From: a virus
Length of the DNA: 64,000 bases
IMG/VR virus record: IMGVR_UViG_3300020205_001800
Coordinates: 36,627-100,626 of that record
Direction: 5' to 3' (one strand)
Numbering within the stretch: position 1 is the first letter of the stretch; each line of letters starts with the position of its first letter. Below the pieces are notes generated by a model. That model was not told where the DNA came from. It worked only from the letters and a program-made list of their open reading frames with translations, and ran no database searches. Positions 38,856 through 47,076 of this stretch are shown in pieces. The position numbers were made by a program, and so were the translations under genes.

Positions 38856-40295
38856 TTATAGTTGGCTAGCGAGGTTGCCGGCCCACTCAGTCAACTTTTC
38901 TTCAATTGACTGTCCTTCTGTTCCTTGCGCAGGCATAGGAATCTCAATACCAAAGTCACCCTTGATATTGTATTCATGTGTCTGGAAGACCAAGCGAACA
39001 CTTGGCTGTTCGTCCGAAGAGAAGTGAGCGATGAAGTTCTCAACTGCGAACTCATAACCCAATGCATCTACGAAGTGATGAAACTCCATCAACATATTGG
39101 TTGAGATTGGAGTTTCGTACTGACCCTTGGCTGCTTCAGTACGTAACTGCTTCGATAGCACACGAAGAGACTTGGATGGAACCAACTTCTCTTCTACTTT
39201 GTCATCGTAATCCCATGGGATTTGGATGTCGAAGCGATTGCGGAATGCGAAGTTCAACGACGTTGTGCCGATGTAATCCGGATTCATAGTAGCGAAGATA
39301 GTGAGGTCAGGATGAGCCTCAATGGTCTCGCCATGATGATCAAGCAATGTGATCATGCGACGTCCGTCAAGTAATGAGTACAAGACGGTATAGATTTTAG
39401 GACTGATGAAGTTAACCTCATCAAGAAGCAAGACACCACCGTTACGGACTACGTCAGTAACAGGGCCATCAATCCATGCGAATGAACCGTTGCCGTCAGA
39501 TACGAACTTACCGGTCATCTGGCTTGGCTCCATAGAAGCATTACCAGATACGGTAGCCATACGCAGGCCACGTTCAGCAGCCCATGCCTCAACAGACGTT
39601 GTCTTACCTGGACCAGTAGGGCCGTAGATAAGCACGTTGATGCTGTTGGCACGAGCATGATCGAACACCTTGAAGTCTTCTACTTCGAAGACTTTGCGGT
39701 GAACATAGCGCTTGGCTAGCTCAATGCGGGGCACTGATGCTAATGACGCCATGATTACCGCACCGTTGTTGGTATTAGATTCCATTTGAATTTCAAACTT
39801 ATCTAATACTGCTTGGTTGAGTTGTGGTGCTGGAGTTGTTTGTGTTGGCATAGTTACCAAAGGCACAGTAGAACCAGAACCACGACGGTTGTCGATGATG
39901 TACTCACTCAACGCTACATCTTGCGATGTAACTTGCTCATACAATTCGCACACGCGTTCCAAGAATGAACTTGGATCCGCATTGGGTGCAGCCTTGGTAT
40001 GTGCTTGACATGCTTTGGTGCCGAGTACTGGGGAATAGCCCTTAGCAGTCATAGCTTCTTCATCTGTTGCTGTAACGTACACAGCAACAGGCGTACGAGT
40101 GAGTTGCTCGTCGCTGTCAATCTGTCCAGTGAGACCATCGAAGTCTGTTTCTTCCCACTTATTGTGGGGACCTTTGGTCCCATCTGTCTCACGTGAGTAG
40201 ATGCGCACATCATCACCATGCGGTGTTATTAGTACCTGACGACGCTTAGCGCCCATGGCTGGTGTGTATGACTCTGTGAATATTGCGATATCCAT
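38856..40295 (-). CDS. MoxR/CbbQ/CobS-type AAA+ ATPase
   Basis: GPTGPGKT, WIDGPV, LLLDEVN, ATMNPDY.GT..LN.AFRNRF. Confidence 0.9.
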   Translation of the reverse strand: MDIAIFTESYTPAMGAKRRQVLITPHGDDVRIYSRETDGTKGPHNKWEETDFDGLTGQIDSDEQLTRTPVAVYVTATDEEAMTAKGYSPVLGTKACQAHTKAAPNADPSSFLERVCELYEQVTSQDVALSEYIIDNRRGSGSTVPLVTMPTQTTPAPQLNQAVLDKFEIQMESNTNNGAVIMASLASVPRIELAKRYVHRKVFEVEDFKVFDHARANSINVLIYGPTGPGKTTSVEAWAAERGLRMATVSGNASMEPSQMTGKFVSDGNGSFAWIDGPVTDVVRNGGVLLLDEVNFISPKIYTVLYSLLDGRRMITLLDHHGETIEAHPDLTIFATMNPDYIGTTSLNFAFRNRFDIQIPWDYDDKVEEKLVPSKSLRVLSKQLRTEAAKGQYETPISTNMLMEFHHFVDALGYEFAVENFIAHFSSDEQPSVRLVFQTHEYNIKGDFGIEIPMPAQGTEGQSIEEKLTEWAGNLASQL

Positions 40296-40392
40296 ATAAC
40301 TTACCCCTTCTAGGTATTGGAATCGTTGTTGTCTTGCGACAACTACTACCGACTATCGGTAGCATCCCCCTGCAGATGCAGAGGAAACTTGG

Positions 40393-40647
40393 TTAATCGT
40401 CATCGTCGTCATTTAAAACGCGATTCTCTAATACGGTAGCCATCTCGAATGCTACTACCTTGCCTCGAGGCCACTCGGTGATTAGGTCAAACAACACGCC
40501 GTGTGATTCGGCTTTATCTATAACGAGGTTCATCTGTTTACTGATGTACTCAAAGAACTCTTCTTTTTCTTCATCATTAAGATTATTGAAATCAAAATCT
40601 TGGGCTGTGAAGTCTTCGTCATCATTGTTCTCACATGCTTCGCACAT
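40393..40647 (-). CDS. Acidic hypothetical protein
   Basis: SD AAAGGAG. Confidence 0.7.
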   Translation of the reverse strand: MCEACENNDDEDFTAQDFDFNNLNDEEKEEFFEYISKQMNLVIDKAESHGVLFDLITEWPRGKVVAFEMATVLENRVLNDDDDD

Positions 40648-40699
40648 GTCTATCTCCTTTATCTAGTGGGTAAAACCGAGGGGCATGCCAATATGACAC

Positions 40700-40984
40700 G
40701 CCCCTCGGGGCTGTTTTGAACACATTACGTAGGAAGTGTTACAGGGACTGGAACATTAGCGACTACGGGCGACTCAGGTCCGACTGGCAGGTGGCGGTTG
40801 GTGGGACTAACTGGTCCTGTTTAACCATCCACTCGTGCTGGTGCCGTCTTGTTTCCGGCTTGGGTTTGATCAAGTATGGTGCAGACTACTTCTCTGTGTT
40901 CTGCAGCATTACCAACGACTCTCCAGTTCTTAGGATGGCAGTTTTCGTCATGAATGGCTCCCGCTGACCGTCTAATAGGCTGGT
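40700..40984 (-). ncRNA. Candidate structured non-coding RNA
   Basis: ~285-nt gap with no credible ORF; several helices (GCCATCC/GGATGGT, TGCAGA/TCTGCA). Confidence 0.4.
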
Positions 40985-40997
40985 TTGTTTGTGTTGG

Positions 40998-41504
40998 TTA
41001 TTGAGGGAAGTGGGAAGATCGTTCTTGTTCCCATTGAGCCAATGCGTTAGGGCCTTGAGACACTAACAGGCTTAAGTAGAACGGGCTAGGCATTTGCTTA
41101 GTGATGGCAGATACAATGCTCATAGTATGATTTGATACTGCAGCATACTCAGGCTTGCTACGCATAATTGCAGCGCCTGCTAGTTCTTTGTCACCCCAAG
41201 CAAAAGCTAAGGCTGCAAGATACTCTGTGTATACCTGCAGATCAACGCTTCCATCTTGTGATGAACGAACACCGCTTCGCAGTGCATCTAATATACTGGC
41301 TGAAGACAATGAGCCAGGCTCAACGTTAACAAGTATGTCTGCTAACACTGCGTCCCTGTAGTTTTTGCTTGCTCTTGATGTCTCTACGAAGTTAACAGGA
41401 ATACCTCCTACAACTAACATTCGTCGTGCTGTTCCAGGAACCTCTGCAATATCTGATCGCATAATGGTTACTGAACTGTCATACTCAACTGTTGGGTTTG
41501 ACAT
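40998..41504 (-). CDS. Second DUF4192-like helical protein
   Basis: YRDAVL...YLAALAFAWGD..LA. Confidence 0.5.
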   Translation of the reverse strand: MSNPTVEYDSSVTIMRSDIAEVPGTARRMLVVGGIPVNFVETSRASKNYRDAVLADILVNVEPGSLSSASILDALRSGVRSSQDGSVDLQVYTEYLAALAFAWGDKELAGAAIMRSKPEYAAVSNHTMSIVSAITKQMPSPFYLSLLVSQGPNALAQWEQERSSHFPQ

Positions 41505-42180
41505 AGTTTGCTATCCTCTTTTCTAGTTCGGTTGGTTCTTGCTTTATTACCTTGCCTTCTCTCAATCGGACTGGGAAACCATCCCATTGAAGAGAAATTA
41601 ATTTACTACCGTAGTCGCGTTTGCCTGTGCCACTACAGTAATAACATTCATGTGCTTTGTAAAGCGTGTGCTTGGAAGCTTTACCGTGAACGCATTGGTC
41701 TGCTTCATGCCAACGTGCATGGGGACGTTGAGGATCAACCTGTGCTGTTGGGTGCAGATCACAAGGTAACTCTCTGTAACAACTAGTAGGTCCCCAACAT
41801 TGCTCGTCTTGCCTGCCAGATGATTTACAGATTCTGCAACCTTGAATCTTTGCTGGTGTGCGTGAGGGGTTGGCTTCTACAATGAACCACTTACTATTGC
41901 GTTGGTGCACATCGTGTACGCCGGAGAAGTCGCGGATAATTCCTCTAACTCCTTGACTCCACAAAGGGTTCCAATGACCATTGGGTGATACTGATTGAAT
42001 AGTTGTAGTGCCGTCGGGGTAATAAAGCACTACGTCATATGAGTTAGCCCAACCAAGGCCTACAGCAATGTGATCGGCTCGTTGAAATAACCTAGCACCG
42101 CGTGTGTATAGAGGTCGTTCTGTTTTCTTCTTGCCACCTTTGAGCCATAACTCTGCGGTGACGTAGTCGTAGACGCGCAC
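41485..42180 (-). CDS. Hypothetical protein with DnaJ-type CxxCxGxG motifs
   Basis: CRICKSSG, CYYCSGTG. Confidence 0.7.
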   Translation of the reverse strand: MRVYDYVTAELWLKGGKKKTERPLYTRGARLFQRADHIAVGLGWANSYDVVLYYPDGTTTIQSVSPNGHWNPLWSQGVRGIIRDFSGVHDVHQRNSKWFIVEANPSRTPAKIQGCRICKSSGRQDEQCWGPTSCYRELPCDLHPTAQVDPQRPHARWHEADQCVHGKASKHTLYKAHECYYCSGTGKRDYGSKLISLQWDGFPVRLREGKVIKQEPTELEKRIANYVKPNS

Positions 42181-42482
42181 TATTTTGCCTCTACTGTGTC
42201 AAACAAGCCTGCATAGCACATGTCGAAAGCTTCTTCGCGGTCTTGTTCTGTGCGGCGGTGTTTGTGTTGGGGCACATCGTAATCTTCATCAAACCATACG
42301 ATACTGATTGGATTACGTCGTGCACGTTCTGGTGCAATGATGAACAGGGCTTGACCTAAGCCGTCAATGACTCCGGTGTGATATGCCCTGCCATGCTGTG
42401 AATCAAGATCGTGAAGTTCAAGTTCTTCTTCAACCATCTTGCGTTCTATGAGCTTAGCTAACTTGCGATGTCTCAATCGCAT
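42180..42482 (-). CDS. Hypothetical protein
   Basis: SD GGAGG. Confidence 0.65.
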   Translation of the reverse strand: MRLRHRKLAKLIERKMVEEELELHDLDSQHGRAYHTGVIDGLGQALFIIAPERARRNPISIVWFDEDYDVPQHKHRRTEQDREEAFDMCYAGLFDTVEAK

Positions 42483-42804
42483 TTGTTTCCTCCATTTCTA
42501 CTCTAACTACTTCAACAGGATACTCAGGCACACTACGAAGCTTGTGCCCACGCATTGTTGGTGTAGTCCCACCCTGGATAGAGTGGGTGTCGTTTCTGTC
42601 CATAGCGTCTTGCAGACATGCTGCTATGACTGGGCAGGTCTTGCATACAGCGAGCGCGTTACGCTCTCTGCTTTCTCTTTCTTCACCACGCTCATTATGA
42701 TCGTAGTAAAACATGCTTACGGGGAATTCTTTGCATGCGGCACTATCTTGCCACTTAAAGTTGTCTGGATTGTATACGGATAGGTTGTTGAGACTATTTA
42801 ACAT
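42454..42804 (-). CDS. whiB: WhiB family transcription factor (WhiB3-like)
   Basis: WQDSAAC...MFY..NERGEERESRE..A..VCKTCPVIAAC...SIQGG. Confidence 0.85.
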   Translation of the reverse strand: MLNSLNNLSVYNPDNFKWQDSAACKEFPVSMFYYDHNERGEERESRERNALAVCKTCPVIAACLQDAMDRNDTHSIQGGTTPTMRGHKLRSVPEYPVEVVRVEMEETNAIETSQVS

Positions 42805-42931
42805 TCTTTGAGTCCAACCTACGCAGATACATGCGCGTCTCCTCCGCGTCCCAGTATCGTTCACGCCAATAGAGGGCTGACCAAATAGATATTACATTGG
42901 TGATTAACCCAAGTATTAAGAATACTTTCAT
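42794..42931 (-). CDS. 45-aa single-TM protein (not in ORF track)
   Basis: MKVFLILGLITNVISIWSALYW...; SD GAGG. Confidence 0.55.
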   Translation of the reverse strand: MKVFLILGLITNVISIWSALYWRERYWDAEETRMYLRRLDSKNVK

Positions 42932-43077
42932 AGTTTTTCCTCACTTACTGTGTCGTAGAGAGTATCGATGCCGTCATTCCACAACATCAATGCTTCTTTT
43001 CTAGTGCAACCGTGAAACAACTGTGCTTCTAATAAGAACAACAGCTTTGCTACGGTGTCTACTTTAGTCTTTGACAT
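42928..43077 (-). CDS. 49-aa hypothetical protein (not in ORF track)
   Basis: SD GAGG; ATGA overlap. Confidence 0.55.
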   Translation of the reverse strand: MSKTKVDTVAKLLFLLEAQLFHGCTRKEALMLWNDGIDTLYDTVSEEKL

Positions 43078-43345
43078 CGTCTTCCTCAGTTTCTTCTTCA
43101 TATACCCAACCTACACTTTCGGCTACTGACATCATTACTTCATCAATATTGGCTTGATGATATTTCCAATAATCTTCGTGTGTATCCATGATAGTTGCTA
43201 TCTTGACCCACTGTTCAAGAGGTATTGGTCGCTCATCGTTAAAGAAGAGTTCAAAGTCTTCTTTACCAAATATGCTGTATATGGTAACTTCGTCATCAGG
43301 CTTGAAGTTATCTTGTAAATCTTTGATGACTTCTGATACTTTCAT
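43064..43345 (-). CDS. Acidic hypothetical protein
   Basis: ORF track. Confidence 0.7.
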   Translation of the reverse strand: MKVSEVIKDLQDNFKPDDEVTIYSIFGKEDFELFFNDERPIPLEQWVKIATIMDTHEDYWKYHQANIDEVMMSVAESVGWVYEEETEEDDVKD

Positions 43346-43466
43346 TTTGTTATCCGTTCTGTTAAGTTGTTTGTGTTGGTGAGTGGTTTAGCCTTGTCAC
43401 ACTCAGGACAGGAGTTCTTTTACCTCAGGAAGAACTATAGAAACCAACTGTCTTATCTCCTTTCTC

Positions 43467-43756
43467 TGTTGATAAGACAGGGGACACACGCATTACTATC
43501 TGAATTACCGTGAGGCTCACTCTGTGACCTCTCTTGCGTTGTTGCACTCTGTATGTAAGCACAGTCGCGTCTTTTCTTACATACTTCACTCTTACTACGG
43601 GAGGACTAACATGCCCCACTGGGTACCTCTGACCCCATAGTCCGTATCACATCAGCTTCTTCACGCTCCCTGTATGCAAGACTTAGCCTCCCCCATACAT
43701 TCTTCGTCCTCGGTGATAATAGATAACCTATGCGTGTGTCTCCTGCCTTATCGACA
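43467..43756 (-). ncRNA. Candidate ~290-nt structured RNA closed by a 27-bp stem
   Basis: Arms 43467-43493 and 43730-43756 (24/27 Watson-Crick); internal helices GTATGTAAG/CTTACATAC and GGGAGG/CCTCCC; strand inferred from flanking genes. Confidence 0.65.
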
Positions 43757-43760
43757 TGTG

Positions 43761-43859
43761 TTACTTACGAATGATCTTGAAGATAACTATTACGCACACT
43801 GCAATTACAATCAACATGATTGTATCTACAGGTATGTCTAACTCAGCTGAGAGATACAT
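43761..43859 (-). CDS. 32-aa single-TM protein (not in ORF track)
   Basis: MYLSAELDIPVDTIMLIVIAVCVIVIFKIIRK; SD AAAGGA. Confidence 0.55.
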   Translation of the reverse strand: MYLSAELDIPVDTIMLIVIAVCVIVIFKIIRK

Positions 43860-44316
43860 AGTCTTTTATCCTTTCTGTTTGTAGTTGAATTATTTCTTCT
43901 AACGCTGCTTTCTTATCTTTGTAATCATCAAAGGGAACTATCATTGTGTGTTCGTTGATGTATACAAGGTCATAGAGTTTTTGTTTGAGTAGTTCTAACT
44001 CACGCTCCATGCTCTCTAATATTGTCCAACCATGACAGAATTCATCATCTGTTTTGGGGTGCCAGTTGGTAACTGTTTTCTCTGGGATGTTCATGAATTG
44101 GGTGAACTCATGCGCACACTTGTGACACAGCGTGAATTGCAGGGGGTTTTCTTCACCTACATAGTAGATGTTGTCTACGAACATTGCGTAGCCACCATCT
44201 AGGGATAGTTCTAGTGCTACGGGTATGTCTGAGTCCATGTATCCAGGTGCTGTCTTGAATACTTGGGGGTCTTGACATCGTGAGCATTCAATTATTCTTG
44301 TTTTAATATTTTCCAT
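43843..44316 (-). CDS. Hypothetical Cys-containing protein
   Basis: CSRC, LCHKC. Confidence 0.65.
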   Translation of the reverse strand: MENIKTRIIECSRCQDPQVFKTAPGYMDSDIPVALELSLDGGYAMFVDNIYYVGEENPLQFTLCHKCAHEFTQFMNIPEKTVTNWHPKTDDEFCHGWTILESMERELELLKQKLYDLVYINEHTMIVPFDDYKDKKAALEEIIQLQTERIKDYVSLS

Positions 44317-44524
44317 TGGTTCCGTCCAGTTTGAGGAATACGAGGATGCTATCGATCCAGTATTGCCATCGTGGGTATTTGATGCGGTTGGGGTCTTCAA
44401 GGTCTGTCAGTAAGCGATGTATGTGGATGGTGGTTTGTTTGTGTTGGGGAATGTCACACACAGCGAGGTGCTCTTGGAAGCGGGCTTCTTGCTTATCGTT
44501 GATGTAATCACAGAACAGTTTCAT
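44303..44524 (-). CDS. Hypothetical protein
   Basis: TAATG coupling. Confidence 0.6.
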   Translation of the reverse strand: MKLFCDYINDKQEARFQEHLAVCDIPQHKQTTIHIHRLLTDLEDPNRIKYPRWQYWIDSILVFLKLDGTNGKY

Positions 44525-45024
44525 TAGAGTGCACTCAGCGCATCGTTGAACATCTGAGCCTTGACTTCTTCATCATTAGACATATTGAGAACAGCAATGG
44601 CTTGGTAAACAGATTCATAGATTGATGGACACTCGTCCGACCAACTACGACCTCTGCGAGTCTGTAAGAAAATTGGACGATCAGGTGATACAGGTCGTTC
44701 AGGATACTTGCCTACGGCTCGTATTACCTGTGCTTCAGTTACTGTAACAGCGGCTTGGGCTGTAACTTGATAGTCTGAACCACTGTATCGACTACGTCGA
44801 ATGTCGTACTCAACTCTGTCTAACTTGCACATACTGTATAAGTAGGTGTGTACATCTTTTTCGTATTGCGCTACTGCTATGTCGTACTCAGCGTCATCGT
44901 AGTACCATTTGGCTAACGCCTTGTCGTACTTGTCCTTCTCTGCTGTCATAAAGACGTAGCGTTCCTGTAGTTGTTCTAACAGGTCTACCCTACGAACTTT
45001 TAATGAGTTCATGGTTGTTGCCAT
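44524..45024 (-). CDS. Hypothetical protein
   Basis: SD AGAAGGGG. Confidence 0.75.
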   Translation of the reverse strand: MATTMNSLKVRRVDLLEQLQERYVFMTAEKDKYDKALAKWYYDDAEYDIAVAQYEKDVHTYLYSMCKLDRVEYDIRRSRYSGSDYQVTAQAAVTVTEAQVIRAVGKYPERPVSPDRPIFLQTRRGRSWSDECPSIYESVYQAIAVLNMSNDEEVKAQMFNDALSAL

Positions 45025-45119
45025 TTGTATCCCCTTCTAGGATGTGCATAGGCATGGTAGTTCCATGCACGATGCGGGTTGTTTTTGTGGTTATTGTGGT
45101 TGTTATTGTGATTGTGGTG

Positions 45120-45341
45120 CTACAGGTTCCAGATGAGACCATATGGATCCTGCTCCTTTGCCTTAGTGATGCAGTCCGTGCAGGTTTGGCCTGTTGGTTC
45201 TGCAGTTTGATAGTCGTAGTGACTAAGCTTGATTTCGGGATTGCATACTGCGTGCCACCAAGTGTCGGGGCTGATGACAATCTCTTCATCAGTGCCGCCG
45301 TCTTCGGGGTCGTATAGGTGCGTTTTGTTTGTGTTGGGCAT
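45120..45341 (-). CDS. Hypothetical protein
   Basis: ORF track; 13-mer motif begins in codon 2. Confidence 0.6.
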   Translation of the reverse strand: MPNTNKTHLYDPEDGGTDEEIVISPDTWWHAVCNPEIKLSHYDYQTAEPTGQTCTDCITKAKEQDPYGLIWNL

Positions 45342-45342
45342 G

Positions 45343-45585
45343 TCAGCCTATTCTCTTGTTGTAGTAGATGATTGCTTCTTCCAATGTCCACGCGTATTCA
45401 CCTTGGATACAGATTCCTGGACCCTCGATATATGTATGGACAACGAAAGGTGTTACTTTATTGTGGGACAGGAAGCACAGCACGATTGTCGTGCCGGGGG
45501 TTGCTCCGGGCTTACAGGCTAATACATCTCCTCCATTGCCCTCGATGTGTGTCCCCACACTGATGACTGTTACTTCATCAGGCAT
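45343..45585 (-). CDS. Hypothetical protein
   Basis: SD GAGGAG; TAATG coupling. Confidence 0.65.
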   Translation of the reverse strand: MPDEVTVISVGTHIEGNGGDVLACKPGATPGTTIVLCFLSHNKVTPFVVHTYIEGPGICIQGEYAWTLEEAIIYYNKRIG

Positions 45586-45752
45586 TAGTCTTTCTCCTCA
45601 AGGTCGAAGTCTGCAGAGGTCATCTCTACATACTTATCGTCGTCAACTTCCTTCTTATGGGTGTAGATAATAATCTGCCCATAGTTATCCTTGTCAAGAG
45701 CGTAGTTAGGTGCAACTAGCGCAATCAACGATCTGAATAGATAACCTCTCAT
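45585..45752 (-). CDS. Hypothetical protein
   Basis: TAATG-coupled start at 45752. Confidence 0.6.
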   Translation of the reverse strand: MRGYLFRSLIALVAPNYALDKDNYGQIIIYTHKKEVDDDKYVEMTSADFDLEEKD

Positions 45753-46024
45753 TAGTATCCTTTCTTCCTTAGTAGTCGGAATATGTAGCGTGGCCACCAC
45801 GCATAGGTGCGGAATAGCCAGTCTTTAGTGTCATCAATGGCTACATCACAGATAGTTGTATTGGGGTTGTGTTCTTGCATGACGATTTCAATAGCATCAT
45901 TGAGGAATAGCCAATCGGGGTTATCCATGTCGTCATACCAAGTGATGGGCTTGTCGCCCGTGTAATAGACTGATACAAGAAGAGTCTTACGCTGCCTCAT
46001 GGGCAGTTCTTCAATATCACTCAT
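45752..46024 (-). CDS. Hypothetical protein
   Basis: ORF track, start adjusted. Confidence 0.6.
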   Translation of the reverse strand: MSDIEELPMRQRKTLLVSVYYTGDKPITWYDDMDNPDWLFLNDAIEIVMQEHNPNTTICDVAIDDTKDWLFRTYAWWPRYIFRLLRKKGY

Positions 46025-46187
46025 TGTCAGCCTTTGCCATCTGCTCACCAATGAAATACGCCATGCATGTATCGCATGACGAACGGTGAACCAGATCGTT
46101 GTAGTGATTGATGAGGTGCTTACGAACCTTCAAGGCGTGGTTGCGAATGTAGTCCCAGTCCGGCGTGTTTGTGTTGGGCTCATCCAT
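46017..46187 (-). CDS. 56-aa hypothetical protein (not in ORF track)
   Basis: MDEPNTNTPDWDYIRNH...CDTC; overlaps neighbours at both ends. Confidence 0.55.
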   Translation of the reverse strand: MDEPNTNTPDWDYIRNHALKVRKHLINHYNDLVHRSSCDTCMAYFIGEQMAKADNE

Positions 46188-46338
46188 GGAGCGCCTTCAT
46201 ATCTTGTGTGATGACGGTGTATGCAATAGCACAGGGACGACAGTAAGTCTCGGTTGGGATACCGCCTAACTGGAATGCGTCAGTGCCACTGTAGACAAGG
46301 TCTGTGTTTTCACAGTGTATTACTTTGCATGTTGCCAT
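46180..46338 (-). CDS. Small Cys-containing protein
   Basis: SD AAAGGAG before MATCKVIHC. Confidence 0.65.
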   Translation of the reverse strand: MATCKVIHCENTDLVYSGTDAFQLGGIPTETYCRPCAIAYTVITQDMKALHG

Positions 46339-46365
46339 GCTCTTCTCCTTTGTCTTTACTCTTCT

Positions 46366-46481
46366 TGTGAAGAGTGAGAGATACATAAGTCTTTTAGGCT
46401 CGCAGTTTATAGCGTCCGCCGACGACATGGGCTTTTCGCACCCCGTCCTAAATACTACTTATGTATCTTCCACCTTCCACA
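46366..46481 (-). ncRNA. Long stem topped by a multi-branch junction
   Basis: AGATACATAAGT/ACTTATGTATCT 12-bp perfect core; TTTAGG/CCTAAA; three small hairpins. Confidence 0.55.
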
Positions 46482-46511
46482 CGGTAAAATTTCGCGGGGG
46501 ATTTTGGTGTA

Positions 46512-46808
46512 TTACTTCATAGGATGTAGATATCCATTGGTCTTACGATAGGCATAGACACGTTGTCTAATAGCGCGGGGGTTTGGATACTCTATGGCTA
46601 TTGCTATGTGCTTTATCATGATGCCATCATCTACAAGGGATACCAATAGGCTATCGAACTCTTGGTCTTTGCTATCTCTCTTGCCATGATTGCCTTTGAC
46701 TGTGGATATGTGAGGCATCAGCTCTCTAAGCCTATCTACATGCTGGCGGTGTATTGTTTTCATCGCTTGACCATGAGATAGAAGATAGAGGCAGAGATAG
46801 TCAGCCAC
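46512..46808 (-). CDS. Hypothetical protein, possible HTH
   Basis: IKHIAIAIEY.NPRAIRQRV. Confidence 0.5.
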   Translation of the reverse strand: MADYLCLYLLSHGQAMKTIHRQHVDRLRELMPHISTVKGNHGKRDSKDQEFDSLLVSLVDDGIMIKHIAIAIEYPNPRAIRQRVYAYRKTNGYLHPMK

Positions 46809-46860
46809 AGAAGAGTGATAGGCAGACCGGACTGCATAGGGTCTAGGTAATCTAATAGGC

Positions 46861-47076
46861 TCATACTGCTACCTGCTTTCCATCACATTGCTCATTGAAC
46901 ATAGTAGAGTGCCCACACTCTGTGCATCGGCATCTCCATACACGGACGAACTGATCATCGTAGTCAGCCACCTTCTCCACATAGTCCTCGTTGATACGAG
47001 GTGTCATTGCGTAGGTCATTACGTTCGGTGCCTGGCAATTACTACACGTGAACTTGAACCAAGCTGGTGCTCCCAT
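46861..47076 (-). CDS. Zinc-ribbon hypothetical protein
   Basis: CSNC...CTECG. Confidence 0.6.
   Translation of the reverse strand: MGAPAWFKFTCSNCQAPNVMTYAMTPRINEDYVEKVADYDDQFVRVWRCRCTECGHSTMFNEQCDGKQVAV

Noticed and set aside
40716-40967. 83-aa plus-strand ORF; cobalamin riboswitch (ACCTGCC and AAGCCGGAAAC fragments, B12-dependent RNR present)
   Set aside because: The ORF is antisense to the operon with no RBS. The riboswitch fragments lack the proper order and spacing, and nrdJ is distant and on the other strand.
43425-43619. 64-aa minus-strand ORF
   Set aside because: It has no convincing SD and lies wholly within the inverted-repeat-bounded structured element and its downstream hairpin.
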